Source: Candidatus Latescibacterota bacterium
GTDB lineage: Bacteria > Latescibacterota > UBA2968 > UBA8231
Length of the DNA stretch: 64,000 nt
NCBI GenBank assembly: GCA_965248265.1
Contig: CBDFJF010000002.1
Location: forward strand, 3,424,001-3,488,000
Direction of reading: 5' to 3'
Shown here piece after piece: positions 16,067 through 25,925 of the stretch (position 1 is the first letter of the stretch; the number at the start of each line of letters is the position of its first letter). A program made the translations under genes and the position numbers. Under the pieces are notes generated by a model. That model searched no databases and was not told the origin of the DNA. It saw only the letters and a list, made by a program, of their open reading frames with translations.

Positions 16067-17529
16067 GCACGGCCCTCGACAGACTGCAGGCACCCATTGT
16101 CAAAGCGGCACATGGTCCGGGGGAGATCCCTCCTCCCGCCAAGGACGGGGAGGTAGCCTGGAAGCCGCAGGAGGGACCGCAGTCAGCGGCCATCCGTGCC
16201 GCTTTTGTCGATGAGCTGTTCTACGGCGGTGCCGCTGGTGGTGGTAAGTCGGATTTCCTGTTGGGTGACTTCCTGCAGGACGTGTTCCAGGGTGCCGCAT
16301 GGCAGGGCGTGCTGTTTAGACGCTCCTATCCCGCCCTGGACGAGCTGGTCCACCGTTCTCATCAAATCTTCCCGTTTACCGGTGCCAAGTGGAAAGCGGG
16401 GGCCTACCAGTGGGTGTGGCCCAACGGCGCGATGCTGCGTTTCCGCCACATGGAAAACGTCTTCGACTTCACCAAGTACCTGGGTCACTCCTGGTCGTGG
16501 ATTGGGTTTGACGAACTACCCGAGTGGGAGGATTTGGCCTGCTACAATCGTACCAAGTCCCGTTTGCGTGGGGTGGCCAAACACAAGCGGATGCGCTCGA
16601 CCGGCAACCCTGGCGGTCCTGGCCATCACGCGGTGCAAGCCTACTTCGGTATTCCCGATGAACCGCTGGGGTTGGGCAACATCGAAGTCATCCGGGACGA
16701 GGACACCGCCATGTCGCGGATGTTCATTCCGGCCCGCGTCCAGGACAACAAAATCCTGCTGGATTCGGATCCCTCCTACGTCTCGCGCCTCAAGGGCGTC
16801 GGTGACCCGGAGCTGGTCAAGGCGTGGCTGGAGGGAGATTGGCGAGCCCTGGTCGGTGGCTTCTTTGTGTGGGCTGAGCCCGAGGTCGCTTGCGACCCGT
16901 TCATGGTGGGCGAGGATTGGCCGCTGTTCGGGTGCATCGATTACGGGGAATACGCGCCCTGCTGCTGCCTGCTCTTGAGCGTGGACTACGATGATCGCGT
17001 CTACGTCGTCGGTGAATACTACCAGGCCGAACGCTCAGCGCACGAAAACGCCGCAGGCATAATGGAAATGATCCAAGGGTGTCCGTTCACGAAGGGGCGG
17101 ATGCCCGATCACATTTATGCCCCGCACGACATGTGGATACGGCGTCGGTTGGGTGAGGATTCAGCCAATGCGGCCGAGGACGTTTTTCGGCAAGCCGGGC
17201 TCTATCTCACCAAGGCTGCCGTGGGCCGCGAGGCCAAAATCAATGGCTGGCGCATCATCAACACGGCCCTGCATCGCGGCTTCTTGAAGGTGTTTCGCAA
17301 GAGCGCTCCCAACCTGATGCGCACGGCTCCCACCATCACTCGCGACGACCGCAACCGCGAGGACATTTCCCCGCGCTCTGAAGATCACGCCTTGGACGCG
17401 TTGCGTTACGGGATGCTCCACATCTACACGCCCGCTGAGCCAGTGAAACCCGCGCAGAAAAACCCATTTCTGGGCGACAACGTGATAAAGACGCAACAGA
17501 AGCTGGCCAAGATGGGAGCGTTGCGGTGA
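16063..17529 (+). CDS. terL: Terminase large subunit
   Basis: Walker A GGAAGGGKS, Walker B WIGFDE, TGNPGG, IDYG nuclease motif, DHALDALRY. Confidence 0.95.
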   Translation: MSTALDRLQAPIVKAAHGPGEIPPPAKDGEVAWKPQEGPQSAAIRAAFVDELFYGGAAGGGKSDFLLGDFLQDVFQGAAWQGVLFRRSYPALDELVHRSHQIFPFTGAKWKAGAYQWVWPNGAMLRFRHMENVFDFTKYLGHSWSWIGFDELPEWEDLACYNRTKSRLRGVAKHKRMRSTGNPGGPGHHAVQAYFGIPDEPLGLGNIEVIRDEDTAMSRMFIPARVQDNKILLDSDPSYVSRLKGVGDPELVKAWLEGDWRALVGGFFVWAEPEVACDPFMVGEDWPLFGCIDYGEYAPCCCLLLSVDYDDRVYVVGEYYQAERSAHENAAGIMEMIQGCPFTKGRMPDHIYAPHDMWIRRRLGEDSANAAEDVFRQAGLYLTKAAVGREAKINGWRIINTALHRGFLKVFRKSAPNLMRTAPTITRDDRNREDISPRSEDHALDALRYGMLHIYTPAEPVKPAQKNPFLGDNVIKTQQKLAKMGALR

Positions 17530-19598
17530 AACAAAAAGACATTGATTTCTGGAAAAAGCAGATCGATGCCACCAACCGCTTCATGGCTCCCAAGCACAAG
17601 GTGTGGAAACGTCTGCTGCAGCAGTACCGGCTGGAATTTGCCGACATGCCGGTCGAGGAGGCCAAGCAGCGCAAGATTTCGCGCTTCTATCCGATCACCC
17701 GCCAGATTATCGCCAGCATTGCCTTCTTCAATCCCCGCGTCTTGCTGCGGGTCGAGGACAACAACCGCGAGTTCCAGGCCGAGCTGCTGGAGCGTGTGGC
17801 CAACGACGCTCTGCGTTTGCAGAACGCCAAGCGGGAGATTCAGCAGCAGATTTTCGACACGCTCTACTGCAACGTCGGCTGGGTCAAGATGGGCGTGAAC
17901 CCACCCGGCGATAAAGAGCTGATCCCGCCTTATGTGGCCAACGACTCGCTGGCCAACGGCATGGTGTTTTTACAGCGGCGCTCGCCCTTCGACATCTACC
18001 CGGACCCGCTGACCCCGCCGCACGATTTCGGCCAAGCCCGCTTTATGCGCGAGGACATGCTGGCCCCCCATGAGTTTGTCATGGAGGACGAGCGCTTCAA
18101 GAAGTTTAAACACCGCGACCAGATTAAGCCGCTGTCTGACGCCGACGCCGAGGAGAAAATCCTGGAGAATATCCAGGAAGCCAATCCGGCATCGGAGGAG
18201 GAGGAGCGCCAAGCCATGATGGATTCGCGCATCGAGGGCAAGTACGTCCTCCTGCATGAAATCCATCATCGCACCAAGAAGAGGATGTACACCTTTGCCG
18301 AGGGCGTGGAGCAGCCGCTGGAGGACATCGAGCATCCCTTCCTGGCAGGCACCACACTGACGGAAGCAGACCCGTTCACGGGCGAGGACCACATCGTTGG
18401 CTTCCAGGCCACCGAAGGGTTTTTAGTGGCCAACGGCTTCCCCTACATCCCGATGAAATTCGATAAGTCGTTCGACTCCTTCTACGGCTTGCCGATGATG
18501 GGCTACGATGAGGACATCCAGGAGGGCATCATCGAGTCGATGTCCCGGCGCATGGACAACCTCAAGCGCGGCGCTCGCATGGTGGTGGGCAACCAGAAGG
18601 AAAAAGCGCTCAACCCCAACATCGAGGAAGAGTTCGCCAAGGGCGATGACGGCCACATTCTTTGGTCGAACGACCCGAACAACAGTTTCCGCGAAGTGCT
18701 TACCGGTAACATTCTGCCCGACCAGTTGGGCACCGAATCCGACCTGCGTAACTACGAAGAGCAGATACTGCAGGTGGGAGCCACGTCGGTGGGCGGCTCG
18801 CGGACGACGGCCACACAGGCGTCTCTAACCGCGTCGTTCGGCCAGCTCAATCGGGAGTGGATGCAAGATGAAGTAGCGCGGGTGTTTGAGGACGTGTCCT
18901 ACAACAACCTGCGCATCATGGGCGACAAGCGCTACACCCCCAACAACTTCATCGTCAACGTCGAGCAGTCGGACAATGACCCGGTGTACGAGGCCGTGAC
19001 CTCCGACATGCTGCGGGCGCGGTTCAAGGTGCAAATCGAGGCGGGTTCGATGAAGCCGCTGTTCGATCAGCTGGAACGCGACGACGCCTTGGCCTTGTTC
19101 AACTACCTCATCCAGGTGCCCGAGGTACCACGCCAGGAGTCGTTGAAGCTGCTGCTGCGTGCCTTCCGGGTTCCCAACATCGAAAAGTTCTTGGGCGACG
19201 AAGCCCACACCGATGCGGTGCGAGCTGCACAGCTGGAAAACATGCTGATGCTACAAGGCCAGCCTCTGCAGGTTACGCCGCTTGAAAATCACATGGTGCA
19301 CATGCGCCACCATCAGCAGCTGTTTGCCGCTCCGCACTACACGCAAATGCTACCGCAACAGCAGCAAATCGTGCAACAGCTGGTGGTGCAGCACATGCAA
19401 CTCCACGAGCAGGCGTTGGCACAGCGGGCGCAGGGTCTTCGACCTGGACCCTCCAATGTGTCCGACGCTGGAGGAGGTGGCGGCGGTGGTGGTCCTATGG
19501 AAACCGTGCAGGCGGCTACCGGTAAGGTGGACTCAGCCGTTCGCTCCTCCGCTCAAACGATTGGCCAGAAGGTCAACATAGACGCGAATCAAAATTGA
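17526..19598 (+). CDS. Portal protein
   Basis: 690 aa directly after TerL; SPFD.YPDP, TTAT.A and H..H...H Gln-rich C-terminus as in P22-like portals. Confidence 0.8.
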   Translation: MKQKDIDFWKKQIDATNRFMAPKHKVWKRLLQQYRLEFADMPVEEAKQRKISRFYPITRQIIASIAFFNPRVLLRVEDNNREFQAELLERVANDALRLQNAKREIQQQIFDTLYCNVGWVKMGVNPPGDKELIPPYVANDSLANGMVFLQRRSPFDIYPDPLTPPHDFGQARFMREDMLAPHEFVMEDERFKKFKHRDQIKPLSDADAEEKILENIQEANPASEEEERQAMMDSRIEGKYVLLHEIHHRTKKRMYTFAEGVEQPLEDIEHPFLAGTTLTEADPFTGEDHIVGFQATEGFLVANGFPYIPMKFDKSFDSFYGLPMMGYDEDIQEGIIESMSRRMDNLKRGARMVVGNQKEKALNPNIEEEFAKGDDGHILWSNDPNNSFREVLTGNILPDQLGTESDLRNYEEQILQVGATSVGGSRTTATQASLTASFGQLNREWMQDEVARVFEDVSYNNLRIMGDKRYTPNNFIVNVEQSDNDPVYEAVTSDMLRARFKVQIEAGSMKPLFDQLERDDALALFNYLIQVPEVPRQESLKLLLRAFRVPNIEKFLGDEAHTDAVRAAQLENMLMLQGQPLQVTPLENHMVHMRHHQQLFAAPHYTQMLPQQQQIVQQLVVQHMQLHEQALAQRAQGLRPGPSNVSDAGGGGGGGGPMETVQAATGKVDSAVRSSAQTIGQKVNIDANQN

Positions 19599-19599
19599 T

Positions 19600-20001
19600 A
19601 TGGCCTACAAGGTAATAATGAAGGGCGGCGCTCATCCACGACTGGTGGACTACGCCTGTGGTAAGTGCGGCGAGCTGACGATGGATGTGTTTTTCCACAC
19701 CTACGCATCGGTGACGGCTACCCATCCGTGCCAGTGTGGGGCCGAGGCTGAGAAAATCATCAGCCCCAAACAGAACCACATCCACCCTGACCATAGCGGC
19801 ATGTATGGCAAGTACCACGCGGGGCTCGATTGCGTGGTCAAAGACTACGCCCACAAGCAGCGCTTGATGCGCGAGCAGGGCGTGATGGAAGGCGCGGACC
19901 CGGTGAAGGGTTCGCGTAATCACTGGAAACCGGAACCGGAACGCCCGGAGCCGGTTGAAGGCTCGCACTGGACGGATCATCCAGGCGAGGTAGAGCTGTA
20001 A
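19600..20001 (+). CDS. FmdB-like Zn-ribbon phage protein
   Basis: DYACGKCG...PCQCG...EKIIS; usual position after portal. Confidence 0.65.
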   Translation: MAYKVIMKGGAHPRLVDYACGKCGELTMDVFFHTYASVTATHPCQCGAEAEKIISPKQNHIHPDHSGMYGKYHAGLDCVVKDYAHKQRLMREQGVMEGADPVKGSRNHWKPEPERPEPVEGSHWTDHPGEVEL

Positions 20002-20018
20002 CAACGAACAGAGGAACG

Positions 20019-20882
20019 ATGGCAGAAGCGGATTCCACCGGAACCACTGTAGTGGACTCTATCGAAGAAGGCTTGGACCTGGGCGCTGACCTGGATTCAA
20101 GCATGACGGCAGAATCACCGACTGCGGACTCCACCACTGCGCAAGACGCAGGAACCCCCGACTTCGACCCGAGCAGTGTCGATATCGGCAAGGCAGACCC
20201 TGAATCACTGCCCGAGCCGTACCGGAAAGCCCAGGAGTGGGCAAAGAATCGTGAACGCGAGCTACAGGGTGTGATGACCCGCAGCACCCAGGAGACGGCG
20301 GATTTGCGTCGTCAGCTGGACCATCTGCAGGCCACCGTCAACACTCAGGCCGCTCCCCCCGCCGCCGCCCCGGCAGCAGACCCCTTGGAAGCCCTACGGG
20401 CTCGCCTTGGGGAGGATGCCCCGGCGGTCGATGTGGTATCAGACATCATCAAGGCGGTGACCGGGGATCAGGCGGCAGCATCGCAATCGCAGGCGCAAGA
20501 GTTGGCCACGCTCAAGGAAGCAGTGACCGCTCTGGCTCAGTCGATGGTGAGTACGCAGACAGCGGGCATGTCCCAGCAAGTAGCCGAGGCGCGAGCCGCC
20601 TACGGAGAAACGCTGGATCAATATGGACCGCAGATCGCGGCGCTCATCAAGGTTGAGAACCCTGCAACAAGGCAAGCGTACACGGTGATGGAAGCAGCCG
20701 ACTTGGTTTCCGGTAAGGCCATGGCAAAGTCTCAGGAACTGCAACATGTCGAACGGCAGGTTCGGTCTGACGCCTCTAATGCAACAGCGCTTCCGGGTGC
20801 TGTTGGAGCAGCGAACTCAGACAACGGAGAACTGACGCCTTCACAGCTGACAGCGGGATTGCAGAAGCTGGGCTTCGAGTAA
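20019..20882 (+). CDS. Capsid scaffolding protein
   Basis: Acidic, Ala-rich coiled coil between portal and capsid genes. Confidence 0.7.
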   Translation: MAEADSTGTTVVDSIEEGLDLGADLDSSMTAESPTADSTTAQDAGTPDFDPSSVDIGKADPESLPEPYRKAQEWAKNRERELQGVMTRSTQETADLRRQLDHLQATVNTQAAPPAAAPAADPLEALRARLGEDAPAVDVVSDIIKAVTGDQAAASQSQAQELATLKEAVTALAQSMVSTQTAGMSQQVAEARAAYGETLDQYGPQIAALIKVENPATRQAYTVMEAADLVSGKAMAKSQELQHVERQVRSDASNATALPGAVGAANSDNGELTPSQLTAGLQKLGFE

Positions 20883-20918
20883 CGGCGGCGGTGTCTCCGT
20901 AGGACGGAGACTTTAAAC

Positions 20919-21914
20919 ATGGTTGCTGTATCCACCACTGAAACGTGGGATGCAGCGTGGACGCTAACCATGCGGGCCAAGCGTAAGCGTCTCACGGACA
21001 ACATCAGCGACAACTATCCGCTTTTGGGTAGGCTGCGTAAGTCTGGTGTGCTGGAGACGGAAACCGGGGGTAAAGAGTACCAAGAGGATTTGATGTACGC
21101 CCTCGGTACCTCCGAGTGGTTCGATGGATACGACGTGCTGAACACCGACGCGATGGATGGCATCACGGCGGCGTTCTACACACCGCGCTACAATGCCACA
21201 CCTATCGTCATTTCGATGACGGAGGAAATGGAATCGCGCAAGGCTGCCGGTTCCGAGAAGTTGCTAACGGCCAAAACCACCCAGGCCATGACGGGCTCGT
21301 TCGACACCATCAACGCTGCGGCGTTGGGGGCACAGTCGGGCAAATCCATGCTGGGGTTGCAGGACATTGCCGCCCAGGCATCCGGTACCACGTTGGGCGG
21401 TATCTCTGGTGCCACCAACACCTGGTGGGAAAATGCCCGCACGGACTTTAACGCCACCTACACCTCGTTTGTAACCAAAGTCGGTGATCGCTACGAGGGG
21501 ATCATCGGTATGGGTGTGGTGTGGAACAACTGTTCTGAGGGCAACGACCATCCCAACCTGATCGTCACAAGCTACACCAACTACGGGTTTTACGAGGACA
21601 TCTTCGAGTCCACGGGCTACACCCGTATGGTGACTTCGGGCGCGAGAACTGGTCCCAACTTCGGGATTGGTGCCGAGGGAGACATCACCTACCGTGGCGC
21701 ACCGGTCATTCCTGACCGCGACTGCGCGACGGATGACATGTACCTGCTCAACACGAAGTACCTCAAGCTCAAAGTGCAGGCGGGCTTGAATTTCGCGAAA
21801 ACGCCGTTCAAGGAGCCGTCGAACCAGATGGCCAAGGTCGCTTTCGTGGTCGTAGGATTACAGCTCGTGACGAACCATCGTGCTCGTCAGGGCGTGCTCT
21901 ACGACATCGCATAA
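20919..21914 (+). CDS. Major capsid protein
   Basis: 331 aa; DNI....PLL..L...G.....GG, MYLLNTKYL, GLQLVTN..ARQGVL pattern and position. Confidence 0.85.
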   Translation: MVAVSTTETWDAAWTLTMRAKRKRLTDNISDNYPLLGRLRKSGVLETETGGKEYQEDLMYALGTSEWFDGYDVLNTDAMDGITAAFYTPRYNATPIVISMTEEMESRKAAGSEKLLTAKTTQAMTGSFDTINAAALGAQSGKSMLGLQDIAAQASGTTLGGISGATNTWWENARTDFNATYTSFVTKVGDRYEGIIGMGVVWNNCSEGNDHPNLIVTSYTNYGFYEDIFESTGYTRMVTSGARTGPNFGIGAEGDITYRGAPVIPDRDCATDDMYLLNTKYLKLKVQAGLNFAKTPFKEPSNQMAKVAFVVVGLQLVTNHRARQGVLYDIA

Positions 21915-22000
21915 AGGGTTCGGGGGGCAAGCCAATGCCCCCCGCCAACAACTCTGCCCATAGAGGTAGAACCCGGAGGTGGGAGTAGAAGAGTAACATC

Positions 22001-22858
22001 ATGCCTTGGAATCTGGGCGATGGCGGCGACATCGGAAACGGGTCGCACGGCGATGCTCACATCACAGGTGGAGTACGGGCGAAGCAGGGGCTGTATGCTG
22101 TTTCGACTACACAGAATTACCCGCTGGGGTATCCCAAGCGGTTCGGTGACGGACGGGCCTATCGGTATACCCACTTTTCCGGTGCGGTTGGACCGGGCAA
22201 GCTGGCTGCGATAGACGCAACGTCACAGGACATCACGCAGACGGCAGCCACGGCAGTGCGCGACTCAGCTGGCGCGGCTGCGGATGTCGCCACGGGCCAG
22301 GAAACGCTCTACTTCCTGGACACGGACAAGTTCACGACGGCCCACTCCGACGACACGCTTGCCGGTGGCACTCTGCACATCATCAACAACTCCGGTGGCG
22401 CGGTTGCATCGGAGGGACACCAGTACGCCATCAAGTCGAACACGTACACGGCTTCCACCAGCGTGATGCAAATCGACTTGTACGACGCCACGGCCACGGC
22501 CCTCAACTCTGAGGACTTGGTTGGCGTCACCGGCAATCCGTACAAGCAGAATGTCATCTACAACGCTGCGGCCGATGATGTGATTTCGGGCGTGACGCTC
22601 GTGGACATGGCGGCAGCCGAGTACGGGTGGGTGCAGACGTGGGGTGTGGCCACGTGCCTGATGGACGGCACGCCCACGCGGGGCGCTATCCTGACCGGCG
22701 CGGATGCGGTCGATGGTGCTGTGCAGGTGATTGGTGGTGGCACGGTGGCTTCAGAGGAGAACCTGCTTGACCTGACCACGGAGCCCGTTGTCGGTTACGC
22801 ACTGCAGGTGGTCACCACGGCGGGGTATATCCCGCTGTACTTGCAGATTGCTCCATGA
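22001..22858 (+). CDS. Capsid decoration or minor structural protein
   Basis: DGRAYRY, EYGWVQTWG motifs; follows major capsid gene. Confidence 0.65.
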   Translation: MPWNLGDGGDIGNGSHGDAHITGGVRAKQGLYAVSTTQNYPLGYPKRFGDGRAYRYTHFSGAVGPGKLAAIDATSQDITQTAATAVRDSAGAAADVATGQETLYFLDTDKFTTAHSDDTLAGGTLHIINNSGGAVASEGHQYAIKSNTYTASTSVMQIDLYDATATALNSEDLVGVTGNPYKQNVIYNAAADDVISGVTLVDMAAAEYGWVQTWGVATCLMDGTPTRGAILTGADAVDGAVQVIGGGTVASEENLLDLTTEPVVGYALQVVTTAGYIPLYLQIAP

Positions 22859-23628
22859 GTTGTCGCGCCTTCACGAAGGTCAGGAACGAGGAGGCGATGA
22901 TTGCCGACACCCTCGATACCTGGGCCGACGTGTGCTGCGATGGGATTCACGTGTATCTCGATAACTGTACGGATGGGACCGGTGAAATCTGCCGGGACCA
23001 TCCTGCAGTTGTTGAAGTGATAGAGTCCAACCTGTACGACCCTGATCGACCACGGTCAGACTGCTACGGACGGCAAACGCTGTGGCGTTCGGTGTCCCGG
23101 TTCGTGGGGGCCGAGGATTGGGTGTGCTACTTCGATGCGGACGAGCACTTGCACGACTTCCCGCTCGATGTGCTCGACGTGAGCGAAGTGAGGGTGATCG
23201 CACCGCATTGGTGTGATGCCTACATCACGGAAGAGGATGAGCGCATTGATGACTATCGCAAGCGTGAGTGGATCAGTACGGAAAGGCGGATCATCCCAAT
23301 GTTTTTTAGAGCTGGCGGGTGCAGGGGTTACACGCGCCCCGACCAGCGCATCATGGACACGGTGGTGACACCCAGGCTGGACCAGTTTGGCTTGATAAAG
23401 CACTACGGATTGGGCCACTCGGTGGAGCAGTGGGAGCGCAAGGTAGCCTACTACCGCGATGAGTGGCCGCAGTATTCAGCCAAGTGGGCCGCGAGAGCGG
23501 GGAAGGCCGTGCGTAGGCAGCCTTACTTCTCAGTCAACTGTAGAAGGCTGGGAAAGTTCAGCGATTACAGCAGGGAGGTAAGGGCCAGCAATGATCGTCG
23601 TTTGCGTGCCTTTTCTCAAGCCGCATAA
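22855..23628 (+). CDS. Glycosyltransferase family 2-like
   Basis: VRNE...I, VYLDNCTDGT, DWVCYFDADE (DxD). Confidence 0.85.
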   Translation: MSCRAFTKVRNEEAMIADTLDTWADVCCDGIHVYLDNCTDGTGEICRDHPAVVEVIESNLYDPDRPRSDCYGRQTLWRSVSRFVGAEDWVCYFDADEHLHDFPLDVLDVSEVRVIAPHWCDAYITEEDERIDDYRKREWISTERRIIPMFFRAGGCRGYTRPDQRIMDTVVTPRLDQFGLIKHYGLGHSVEQWERKVAYYRDEWPQYSAKWAARAGKAVRRQPYFSVNCRRLGKFSDYSREVRASNDRRLRAFSQAA

Positions 23629-24376
23629 AAAGTTCCTGCCCCACTTCATTGAGTGGTACGCCGGGAACAAACTCAAGCACGAGCTGGAGCTGGTGTGGCA
23701 GATGTATCGCCCGTTGCACAAGGCCCAACGCGAAGGAGTGAAAGCGGCACAGCGACTGGGCGCATCCCACATCTTGTTCACGGAAGACGACCAATGGGGG
23801 TTCCCGCTGGACGGGCTGGACGTGTTACTAAAAGAGGACAAGGATGTCATCGGGTTCAGTACCTACATGCGCTCGTATCCCCACCTGCCCATGCACATGC
23901 GTAAGGTGGATGAGTCCATACCGCTGGTTGATGAGCAGATGCGCAAAAACCTCAAGCCGGTGGCAGTGGGGGATGGGCCTGACGTACAAGCGGTCGATTT
24001 AATTACCTGGGCGTTTACCCTGGTAAAGGTGGACGTGTTTAAACGATTGGAAAATGACCCCTTTGCCCAGTGGGGAGAGTCACCGACCGACAGTTATTTC
24101 AGCCAGTACTGTGATGACGTAGGCATTAAGCGGCACACGCATTTCGGCTACACCATCGGCCACGGCGACGTGGCCCCCGAGCACGTGCCGTTCAGTCGCA
24201 GGATGTGGGAATCTATTCATTCGGCGGCGGGCGTATTCGCGGAGGATGCTGTTACCGCTGACGCCCGACCGGAAATCAACGACGCCAAGCTGCACGAGAG
24301 GGAGATGGAAGCTATGGAGGCAGATGCACTGGCAAATCGACCCACGGACTTGCCGTGGATGGTGGAGGCAGCATGA
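23591..24376 (+). CDS. GT-A fold glycosyltransferase-like protein
   Basis: SHILFTEDD, DKDVIG, FTLVKVDVF, D.YF...C...GI. Confidence 0.7.
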   Translation: MIVVCVPFLKPHKKFLPHFIEWYAGNKLKHELELVWQMYRPLHKAQREGVKAAQRLGASHILFTEDDQWGFPLDGLDVLLKEDKDVIGFSTYMRSYPHLPMHMRKVDESIPLVDEQMRKNLKPVAVGDGPDVQAVDLITWAFTLVKVDVFKRLENDPFAQWGESPTDSYFSQYCDDVGIKRHTHFGYTIGHGDVAPEHVPFSRRMWESIHSAAGVFAEDAVTADARPEINDAKLHEREMEAMEADALANRPTDLPWMVEAA

Positions 24377-25260
24377 AAATCCTGCTCACCAATCACAGCC
24401 TGAAGGATGTCGGCGGTACCGAGAAGTGGACGTACACGATGGCGCAGGAGTTGCAACGGCGCTTGCATGAGGTGGAGGTGTTCACCTTCATGCGGGGCAC
24501 AACCTCTGAAAAAATAGAGGACTTCTTCCCGGTGGTGGATGACCCAAGCCTGGACGGGTATGACCTCATCATGTCGAACCACAACACCTGCCTGTCACAG
24601 GTGCAGCACATCCCTGGCTACAAGGTGCATACCTGCCACGGGCCGAAGCACCAGCTGGAGCAGCCAGTCGGAGGAGCGGACGCCTACGTGGCCGTCTCTC
24701 CAGAGGTGCGCAAGCACGGGGCCGAGCTGGGGTTCAAGATGAAGGTTATCGGCAACGCGCTGGACCTCGACATGTTCGCCCCTCCGCCGCAGACAACCGA
24801 AGTCAACGTGCGCCCTCGCGTGTTGTCCATGTGTAAGGCGGTTGGGGCCAGCAATATGATAGAGGACTGCTGCAAGGCGGCGGGATTCGACTACGATACG
24901 GTGCACTACCTGGAGCGGCCTGTATGGGACACCGCCGACCTCATCAAGCAGGCTGACATTGTGGTTGGCGTGGGGCGCACGGCACTGGAAGGGCTGGCTT
25001 GCGGCAAGGCGGTATTCAACTTCGACGGGCGCACGAAAGAACCAAGAGGCGATGGGTGGATTACGAATCGAAACGTCGATGAGTTGTCGCGGTTCAACTT
25101 TTCCAGCCGCGCCACTTTCAAATACTGGACGGTACCTGAGCTGACGGACGCGCTGTTAGCGTTCAGGCCACAGTCATGGTCGCCGCAGTGGGTACGGACT
25201 AACGCCAACATCACCGACGCGGCGTTGCGCTACTTATCCCTCGTGCCGGTGGCCGCGTAA
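24373..25260 (+). CDS. GT-B (GT4-like) glycosyltransferase
   Basis: MKILLTN.....GGTE.W....A..L, VAVS, NALD, ADIVVG.GRTALEG.ACGK. Confidence 0.8.
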   Translation: MKILLTNHSLKDVGGTEKWTYTMAQELQRRLHEVEVFTFMRGTTSEKIEDFFPVVDDPSLDGYDLIMSNHNTCLSQVQHIPGYKVHTCHGPKHQLEQPVGGADAYVAVSPEVRKHGAELGFKMKVIGNALDLDMFAPPPQTTEVNVRPRVLSMCKAVGASNMIEDCCKAAGFDYDTVHYLERPVWDTADLIKQADIVVGVGRTALEGLACGKAVFNFDGRTKEPRGDGWITNRNVDELSRFNFSSRATFKYWTVPELTDALLAFRPQSWSPQWVRTNANITDAALRYLSLVPVAA

Positions 25261-25307
25261 TAGTAGAGAAGTTCCACAGGAGGAACGGGAGAGAAACAAG
25301 ATGGACA

Positions 25308-25676
25308 ATGGCAAAGCAAGAAGGTTCCACTGTATCCGCGACCGCCCCTGCCGCCGCACCTGCCAGCGATGGCTTGCAAAGTCTGGTGGCCATGATTCAC
25401 AAGGCGGGTCCAGAAGCTAAAGAGGCTATGCGCTCGGCGCTGGGAGTAGGCAAGGCGATTCAGCCTCCCAAGAATCAACAGAGCAACGCGGACGCCAAGC
25501 GTATCGCCTACTCGGTGGGCGAAATCGTGCACCCGGAAGGGTTTCTACCCAAGCCGTCCGAGCACCTTGTCGAGCAGGGACCAGAAGCGGTGGCGGAGTG
25601 GCAGGCATCCTGGCTGGCCCGCAATCGCAATCCGTCCAGCAAGGCGGAAGAGTACGCGGCCGTGGCCGTTGAGTGA
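25308..25676 (+). CDS. Hypothetical phage protein
   Basis: 122-aa ORF in structural operon. Confidence 0.65.
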   Translation: MAKQEGSTVSATAPAAAPASDGLQSLVAMIHKAGPEAKEAMRSALGVGKAIQPPKNQQSNADAKRIAYSVGEIVHPEGFLPKPSEHLVEQGPEAVAEWQASWLARNRNPSSKAEEYAAVAVE

Positions 25677-25896
25677 CAAGAAGCGACAGGTCAACGCGGC
25701 TTCCTTTTTCGGGGAGCAGTTGATAATTGGCGATGCGCAAATCGACACCATTGACGTGGGATCCGTGCTCAAGCTGTCGAACTTGACGACAGCCGAGCGG
25801 GATGCGCTGACAGCCGCCAATGGCATGGTGATCTACAACACGACGGACAACAAGTTTCAAGGATACGAGAACGGCGCATGGGCCAATCTGATTTAG
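25669..25896 (+). CDS. Small structural protein
   Basis: LTTAERDAL.AANGMVIYNTTDNKFQGY.NGAW resembles fibre-associated repeats; TTG start inferred. Confidence 0.6.
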   Translation: MSDKKRQVNAASFFGEQLIIGDAQIDTIDVGSVLKLSNLTTAERDALTAANGMVIYNTTDNKFQGYENGAWANLI

Positions 25897-25925
25897 GGGG
25901 AGCGGGAGTAGGTCATATGGGATAA

